A DNA stretch of 64,000 nt from a virus (lineage: Duplodnaviria > Caudoviricetes), in the IMG/VR virus record IMGVR_UViG_3300019124_000001, positions 32,001 through 96,000 of that record. One strand, given 5' to 3'. The notes below the pieces were generated by a model. It was given only the letters and a program-made list of their open reading frames with translations. It was not told where the DNA came from and made no database searches. Positions 58,380-64,000 of this stretch are shown here, piece after piece. The stretch's first letter is position 1. Each line of letters begins with the position of its first letter. The translations under genes and the position numbers were made by a program.

Positions 58380-59465
58380 ATGGCAACGCAAGAAACGACT
58401 CTGCATCCGACAAAAGGCTCGATTAAGGTGAAAGGACAGATTTCTGGACTTTCGGCAGAAAAATCATTCCGCTCTGGCAGAAACAAAAATGGCGCCGAAT
58501 ACCAATCTATCTCTTTCTTCGTCACTACCAATAAGTACACTGATGCAGAAGGCAACGAAGTTGAAAACAAAGTGAAAGTTGAATTGTACGGTCAAGTGAA
58601 CGAGTTCGTTTATCCGTACAAGCCTGCTCCGAAGGGTTCTCCGAAAGGAACTAAGGGAACTTCCATCAAACATCCGTTCGCACAGCGCTACTCTTTGCCA
58701 CAAGGGTTCCATTTGATTGGTGTTAAGACAAAATTCAACGTTGGTGGAGAAATGAAGTCTGGCGAATACGTAGACTTCGATGCGGTTGGCGTTATTAAGT
58801 CTCATCTGAAAGACGGAGATTTCGTAGAAATTTATGCTGAATCTCGTTATAGCGAATATACGAACGAAAACTCTGGCGAAACGAAACTCCAAACACAGTA
58901 TTCTATCAAAAGCATTGAACACATTGGCGAAATTGACTTCTCCGATGCAAACTTCGAAGAACTGTCCTCTTTTAAACAAGAGATTGTTTTCATTGCGGCT
59001 GACCACGACAAACAAATCGGCAAAACCGTTGTTACTGGTCGTGTAATCGCATATGGAGAGAAGTTTTATGATGTACAATTTATGATTGACCCCAACATTG
59101 ATCCTGCTGTAAAAGCGCTTGCGGCAACGTTCTTGAATAAGAACAAGCAGATTCCGATGAAGTTTGGAACTAAGATTGAAGTCAAAGGTCGTCTAATTAA
59201 CTACGCTATTAAAGAACAAGTCGAAGCTCCTGCGCTCGAAGTAGGTTGGGGTATTGATGTTCCTGGTTTTAGCGGTTATGTTCAAACTAATTACTTCTCT
59301 GAACTTCAAATCCTTGGCGCGGAACCGAGTTCTTATGAGCCTGACAAGTACACGGAAGATGATTTTGTAAATAAAGGTTTGAATACGAAAGCTGATCAAG
59401 AAACAGAGGAAGACAATCCGTTCGCAAATCCGATTGACATTTCGGACGATGATCTGCCTTTTTAA
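58380..59465 (+). CDS. Single-stranded DNA-binding protein (SPbeta YorF-like)
   Basis: Acidic tail DISDDDLPF; OB-fold-like; adjacent to AAA_24 ATPase. Confidence 0.75.
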   Translation: MATQETTLHPTKGSIKVKGQISGLSAEKSFRSGRNKNGAEYQSISFFVTTNKYTDAEGNEVENKVKVELYGQVNEFVYPYKPAPKGSPKGTKGTSIKHPFAQRYSLPQGFHLIGVKTKFNVGGEMKSGEYVDFDAVGVIKSHLKDGDFVEIYAESRYSEYTNENSGETKLQTQYSIKSIEHIGEIDFSDANFEELSSFKQEIVFIAADHDKQIGKTVVTGRVIAYGEKFYDVQFMIDPNIDPAVKALAATFLNKNKQIPMKFGTKIEVKGRLINYAIKEQVEAPALEVGWGIDVPGFSGYVQTNYFSELQILGAEPSSYEPDKYTEDDFVNKGLNTKADQETEEDNPFANPIDISDDDLPF

Positions 59466-59562
59466 TACACTGACAAACAACAACTATGTATGGTCGCTGT
59501 CGTGAGATAGCGACCATATAATACACAGACTTATATGAAAATACAGGAGGACATTGAAAACC

Positions 59563-60603
59563 ATGAGTTTTGACCTTTCCATTCTTGGTGTAACGCAAAA
59601 TATTCCGAAAGTTAACTATCTTGAATACACTGGTGTCTTCCAAGCACCTCCGAAGTTCGGCAAAACCACTTGGGCATCTTACTACCCGAAGTCGATCCTT
59701 TTAGCTGTAGAAGAAGGCTATAAGGCGCAAGTTGTCAACAAGCGTTCTATCACTACTTGGGATGATTTGGTGGACTTCATCGACAAATTGGAAGAAAATC
59801 GCGAAGCAATTGGCGATAATGTTCAATCCATCATTGTAGATACGGTTGACAAGCTGTACCCGCTTGCCACTCCGTATGTGTTGCGAAAGCAAGGCATTCT
59901 AGACAAAAAGCGATACACTAAAGTTAGTGACATTCCGTATGGTGCTGGCTATGGTTTGATTGACCAAGAATTCGAATCCCAATTGAATCGCATTCTCGCT
60001 ATGGGATTCACAATTTTGTACCTGACTCACAGCAAGGTAAAACCGATTCGTCCGAAAGATGCTGAACCATATGACGTATACGAATCTACAATGCCTGACC
60101 GTTGTGCTCGAATCATTTATCCTGCTTGTGACTTTATTTTGCACGGAGAACGCCGTGTTGTCGATGGTGTGCCAAAACGCGTGTTGCTGATTCGTGGTAA
60201 TGAACAAGCGGTCGCTGGTAGCCGCGTTGCTTTTGAGGAAGATATTGTTTTTGACAGCGAAGAAGAAGCAATGGATATGTTCAAGGTGTACTTCCGTAAG
60301 GGTATCGAGAAAAATCTGCGGAAAGCTGGCGTAACTCGTGACATCGACGAGATTGCGGCAGAACAAGAACAGGAACGCAGGGAAAAGGTTGCGGAGTATA
60401 TCGAATCCCGCAATGTTGACGCAATTCGTTCTCAGTTGGCAGAGCTTGTAAAAAATCCAGTTGTATCTCAGAATAAGGCAGAAGTCATTGCTCAGTTCAA
60501 AGCAATCATGGGTGACGCTGACTTTAATAAAGTTACCGTAGCAAGTAAGCTCGAAGAAGCTGTCAAGTGGCTGACCGATTTCCTCGATTCTAAAGGTTCT
60601 TAA
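59563..60603 (+). CDS. AAA_24 / Sak4-like recombination ATPase (SPbeta YorG-like)
   Basis: PPKFGKTT, LLAVEEGY, IIVDTVD, IPYGAGY, LTHS. Confidence 0.85.
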   Translation: MSFDLSILGVTQNIPKVNYLEYTGVFQAPPKFGKTTWASYYPKSILLAVEEGYKAQVVNKRSITTWDDLVDFIDKLEENREAIGDNVQSIIVDTVDKLYPLATPYVLRKQGILDKKRYTKVSDIPYGAGYGLIDQEFESQLNRILAMGFTILYLTHSKVKPIRPKDAEPYDVYESTMPDRCARIIYPACDFILHGERRVVDGVPKRVLLIRGNEQAVAGSRVAFEEDIVFDSEEEAMDMFKVYFRKGIEKNLRKAGVTRDIDEIAAEQEQERREKVAEYIESRNVDAIRSQLAELVKNPVVSQNKAEVIAQFKAIMGDADFNKVTVASKLEEAVKWLTDFLDSKGS

Positions 60604-61313
60604 TGCGTTTTCTAGTAAGTCTGCATCTTTTTGGATTCCTGTTGGTTGGATACAGTTTGTATTCTAGCCAACAGGAATCACATAAGTTGCCAGATGTAGA
60701 CAACAGTGTTCAGTTCAAAGAAGAAAAGTCTTTGATCTATACTGTCGAATTGCCGAAACAGGAACAGAAACTTCCTGTTGTAGCATCGAGAGGCGACTTA
60801 GATGAACGTGCAATGATTCAACAGCAACGACAAATTCGAAAACAACAAGAGGAAATCAGGTATTATGACATACCGTTAAATCGGGATTTGCAAAAATACA
60901 TTTGGGAACTTTGCAAAGCATATGGATTCCCATATGAAACTACTATTTCTGTTATTCGTACAGAAAGCACGTTTAACGCTAAAGCCGATAACGGCATTGC
61001 CAGAGGGCTAATGCAGATTAACTATTCCGATAACACACTCCGATGGTTGGCTAAGGAGACTGGAATACCCAATCCTGACGCGTTTGACCCATATCAGAAT
61101 GTTAAAATGGGTATTTGGTATTTGGGATATTTGAAAAAATATTGGATTAGCAAGGGTTATACAGAACATGTTGATAGTTTTGCTCTCGTAAGCTACAATC
61201 GTGGCTTGGGTGGTGGAATAAAATTCGTTCAAAGTGGTCAATTGTCCGATACTTACACTACAAAGGTGTATAGGTATCAAAATGAATTGCAAAGTCTGAA
61301 GTCAAAAATGTAA
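60603..61313 (+). CDS. Membrane-anchored/secreted lytic transglycosylase (SLT)
   Basis: N-terminal TM; TESTFN, GLMQIN, DPYQNV, SYNRG. Confidence 0.85.
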   Translation: MRFLVSLHLFGFLLVGYSLYSSQQESHKLPDVDNSVQFKEEKSLIYTVELPKQEQKLPVVASRGDLDERAMIQQQRQIRKQQEEIRYYDIPLNRDLQKYIWELCKAYGFPYETTISVIRTESTFNAKADNGIARGLMQINYSDNTLRWLAKETGIPNPDAFDPYQNVKMGIWYLGYLKKYWISKGYTEHVDSFALVSYNRGLGGGIKFVQSGQLSDTYTTKVYRYQNELQSLKSKM

Positions 61314-61369
61314 CCTTCGCATATTTGGCTTTTGATGTAACTAAAATTGCGGAACGGAGATCATTTACC

Positions 61370-62041
61370 ATGAAAGCGAAAGTAATTTGTCTTGTGGGAG
61401 CGTCTGGCTCTGGAAAGGATACGATCAAGAATCTACTCCCACTTCCACATGTTGTTTCTTATAGGACGAGAGAAATGCGACAAGGAGAACGAAATGAAAT
61501 TGACGGCTTATTTGTAGATGAAGCTACTTACGAGCAACATAGGCAGTCTGGCATTATTGCGGCATCCACATTTTACAACGATAACCACTATTGGACGACG
61601 ATATCGCAGTTCAAATGTGTTGTAGAGAACGAGAGTCCGATAGTTTATGTTGTAGACTGGAATGGAGTCGAAACGTTGAGGCAAGCACTTGGAGAGGATA
61701 AGGTGGTTTCAATTTTTATTGATGTGCCACTTTATATTCTTGTCTCTCGCATGGTTCAACGCGGAGACTCCAAGGAAGCAATTGCACAACGTAAAGCGAT
61801 CTTCGAAGTTGTAGATATGCCAGCGAAAGAGAAATGTGACTATGTTGTTTCGAATGTACTTTCTCCTACTTACGCCGCAAAAGAAATCTCCCTGATTATT
61901 TTGCAGGAGATGTTTGGAGTGGTGAAACGTGGCAAGAAAGAATACATCGAAGATTACATCTTCGGAATCGACTATGCGAAAGACCCAAAACTCAAATTCG
62001 AAAAAGAATACGAGTGTAAATGGACAGGAGATCAAGATTGA
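61370..62041 (+). CDS. gmk: Guanylate kinase-like protein
   Basis: GASGSGKDT, VSY.TR.MR.GE....DG.FV, YVVDW.G. Confidence 0.85.
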   Translation: MKAKVICLVGASGSGKDTIKNLLPLPHVVSYRTREMRQGERNEIDGLFVDEATYEQHRQSGIIAASTFYNDNHYWTTISQFKCVVENESPIVYVVDWNGVETLRQALGEDKVVSIFIDVPLYILVSRMVQRGDSKEAIAQRKAIFEVVDMPAKEKCDYVVSNVLSPTYAAKEISLIILQEMFGVVKRGKKEYIEDYIFGIDYAKDPKLKFEKEYECKWTGDQD

Positions 62042-62346
62042 AAGTTACTGGTGGCTTCATCATGACGATGAGGGATACGAGTCAGATTGCGTTGTCTACA
62101 CAACAGATACGAAGACAAAAGTAAAACTGAAAGATGTTCAGTCTTTTGGAGAGTATTATCGCGAAGGCAAAGCGAAAGCGTTTGCGGTTCAATATATTGT
62201 TTCAGTGTATAGTCCAAGTTATCAAAAGTTGCTTGACCTGTTTGGTCTAACCGAAAAACACCGCAAGAAAGAGTATGAAACCAGACAGAGAGCAAAGCGA
62301 AAATAGAATCGAAAAACAAAATGCCCGTAAGGAAAGGAAAACTAAC

Positions 62347-62916
62347 ATGACCGAAATCGCAACCAAACATGTCGATGGAATCGACAAAGACAACGAATTG
62401 GTACAATACTTCGTTGTAAACAAAGACTTGGGTATGAGTGCTGGCAAGGTTGGCGCACAAGTTGCACATGTAGCGACAGCTACCGCTGTAGCTCGCTTCA
62501 GGGATGAAAACATGTCGTTGTATGACAAAACGAATTTTGACATCTGGTGCGATATCGCAATGGTCAAAGTAGTTCTTGAAGCATCTGAAGAAGAGATGCT
62601 TCGATTGCTTGGCGAACACGAAGAGTTCTACACGATGGTTGACGAAGGTCGAACGGAAGTTGCAAATAACTCTCTGACTGTCATTGGAATGATGCCGATG
62701 AAGAGAAAAGATGCACAGAAGATCATCGGTCACTTGCCTATCCTTGGAGCACAACGCACAAAAAATCATGTGGAACTTCAACGCGAAAAGCAATTTGACG
62801 CAATGCTTGAAGCACTAAAGGAGCTTCGTACCGAATTACAGGATGTATACCGATTGATTCCTTGTTTTTTGAAACACGAAGAGGCTTTAAAAAACGTAGG
62901 TGTTATTCTTGAATAG
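62347..62916 (+). CDS. Peptidyl-tRNA hydrolase, Pth2 family
   Basis: DL.MS.GKV.AQVAH, KVVL, DEGRTEV...S.TV.G. Confidence 0.88.
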   Translation: MTEIATKHVDGIDKDNELVQYFVVNKDLGMSAGKVGAQVAHVATATAVARFRDENMSLYDKTNFDIWCDIAMVKVVLEASEEEMLRLLGEHEEFYTMVDEGRTEVANNSLTVIGMMPMKRKDAQKIIGHLPILGAQRTKNHVELQREKQFDAMLEALKELRTELQDVYRLIPCFLKHEEALKNVGVILE

Positions 62917-63256
62917 AAAACTTCAACAGACCCTGCATCTTATTGTTGATAATGCGGTTGATGATCTTGTCAATCGCATTATCAACAATTCAAAAGACTT
63001 ATCGGAAAGTATCAACCTTCTTGAAGAAGCAAGAGTTGAGTTCAGCATAAAATATGTTGAACTGATGCAAGGCATTCGCAAAAGAGCGCAAGGATTCTTT
63101 TCAGGACAAAAATGGCAAGCAAAGTGGGATTATAAAACTTGGAAAGAAGGACAGGTGGCAATTGTGACACGAGTTACGGGTGACAATACGGTTGTACTGG
63201 ATGATATGTTCGAATTGCCGTTTGACTCTGTTCTTAACAACTTTAAGAAGGGGTAG
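62900..63256 (+). CDS. Hypothetical protein
   Basis: ORF within operon. Confidence 0.5.
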   Translation: MLFLNRKLQQTLHLIVDNAVDDLVNRIINNSKDLSESINLLEEARVEFSIKYVELMQGIRKRAQGFFSGQKWQAKWDYKTWKEGQVAIVTRVTGDNTVVLDDMFELPFDSVLNNFKKG

Positions 63257-63262
63257 TGACAG

Positions 63263-63616
63263 TTGGCAGAATACAGCACATATGGAAGGCATGAAATGGC
63301 TGACTTCTATGGTGTTTCCAGTAATACCTTTGGAATATTGAATCTATTGCACGAAGCAGTCGAGAGAACGGGTGCGCACGTTGAAAAGGTGGATTTAAAC
63401 ATTACGCCAGAAAAAATCAGCATCATGTTCTTGTTAACAGAGAGCCACTTGTCTCTTCACGCTTTCATTAAACAGAAGCGTTGGTTTGTAGATTGTTACA
63501 CTTGTGGCGAAACAGTGTATCCGAGTAGAGCTATTGATATGTTAATCAACACGTTAGATTTCCAATATGTTTATCGCCACGAACTTATTCGCGGTGTACA
63601 AGAAGATGCTCACTAG
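63263..63616 (+). CDS. speD: S-adenosylmethionine decarboxylase proenzyme-like protein
   Basis: G.H..ADFYG, LL.ESHLSLH (pyruvoyl site), DCYTCG, RG. Confidence 0.82.
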   Translation: MAEYSTYGRHEMADFYGVSSNTFGILNLLHEAVERTGAHVEKVDLNITPEKISIMFLLTESHLSLHAFIKQKRWFVDCYTCGETVYPSRAIDMLINTLDFQYVYRHELIRGVQEDAH

Positions 63617-63725
63617 TATTCCTAGTGGGCAATTTTTATCAGAAAACCAGTTGCCAACCAACCCATATACATAGTATAATAGTGACAAACAACAACTATG
63701 TATGGTAGCCGAGGAGGTTGTACAA

Positions 63726-64000
63726 ATGACTGTTTGGAAGTACGTTCTTCCAATTGGTGATGATGTAAATAAAAGGGCTGTCGGTATCAACATTATGATG
63801 CCGTTAGAGTCAGAAATGCTTTACGTAAAGCCGCAATACATCAAGGGCAAGGGATGGAGAATCGTAGCGTATGCGCGGATAAACGACACAAGTGCCCCAT
63901 TAACATTGCGCACGTTTTTCGTTCTTGGCACAGGTCACGATGGCAGTAATATGAATTCTACTAAAGTGTTTAAATCATTAGGGGCGGCAGACATTAAAAA
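63726..64000 (+). CDS. Partial hypothetical phage protein (MTVWKYVLP...GTGH)
   Basis: GAGGAGG RBS; runs off window end. Confidence 0.6.
   Translation, partial: MTVWKYVLPIGDDVNKRAVGINIMMPLESEMLYVKPQYIKGKGWRIVAYARINDTSAPLTLRTFFVLGTGHDGSNMNSTKVFKSLGAADIK

Larger units (their letters stand above)
35594..63705 (+). promoter_or_regulatory. Dispersed operator/promoter box (G)ACAAACAACAACTATGT(ATGG), at least 12 copies
   Basis: Copies at 35594, 36354, 43136, 43251, 44358, 45916, 50171, 55588, 55696, 58301, 59472, 63684. Confidence 0.9.
1..64000 (+). mobile_element. Segment of a large SPbeta-like Bacillales phage/prophage genome (early, regulatory and metabolism/replication regions)
   Basis: Unidirectional dense small ORFs, MrpR-like repressor, SSB + AAA_24 pair, phage-type auxiliary genes, no housekeeping operons. 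Confidence 0.9.

Noticed and set aside
35594-63705. Repeated ACAAACAACAACTATGTAT read as a CRISPR array
   Set aside because: Copies are dispersed over kilobases at promoters, not regularly spaced by 30-40 bp spacers; no cas genes
1-64000. tRNA or rRNA genes
   Set aside because: No cloverleaf with a T-loop GTTCRA in a proper stem context found by eye; tRNAscan-SE would settle it

Overview
64 kb of a large, probably temperate Bacillales phage related to the SPbeta group. Evidence: a YopR/MrpR-like repressor, a YorF/YorG-like SSB plus AAA_24 pair, and sigma-A promoters with Firmicutes ribosome-binding sites. Essentially all credible genes are on the + strand, and no structural genes, tRNAs or CRISPR arrays were seen. 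Zone 1 (~1-31.7 kb) holds dozens of small, mostly monocistronic promoter-gene-terminator cassettes, including an orphan MazF, a DUF262 protein and a beta-clamp homologue. About 25 of their leaders carry AATTACATA, which contains the Bacillus MazF target UACAU, at the ribosome-binding site. Zone 2 (~31.7-35.6 kb) is a candidate lysis-lysogeny module: MrpR-like repressor, XRE-like protein, HTH-TPR (RRNPP-type) receptor, an unannotated 55-aa secreted propeptide with two FDPYEPD copies, and a LexA-box-controlled ORF. Zone 3 (~35.6-64 kb) has polycistronic operons marked by a recurring ACAAACAACAACTATGTAT box. They encode NAD salvage (PnuC, NadR, Nudix), NADAR, RNA/tRNA repair (CCA enzyme, Pnkp-ligase, Pth2), recombination/replication proteins, Gmk, SpeD and a lytic transglycosylase. 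All family calls come from motif recognition by eye, not database searches.
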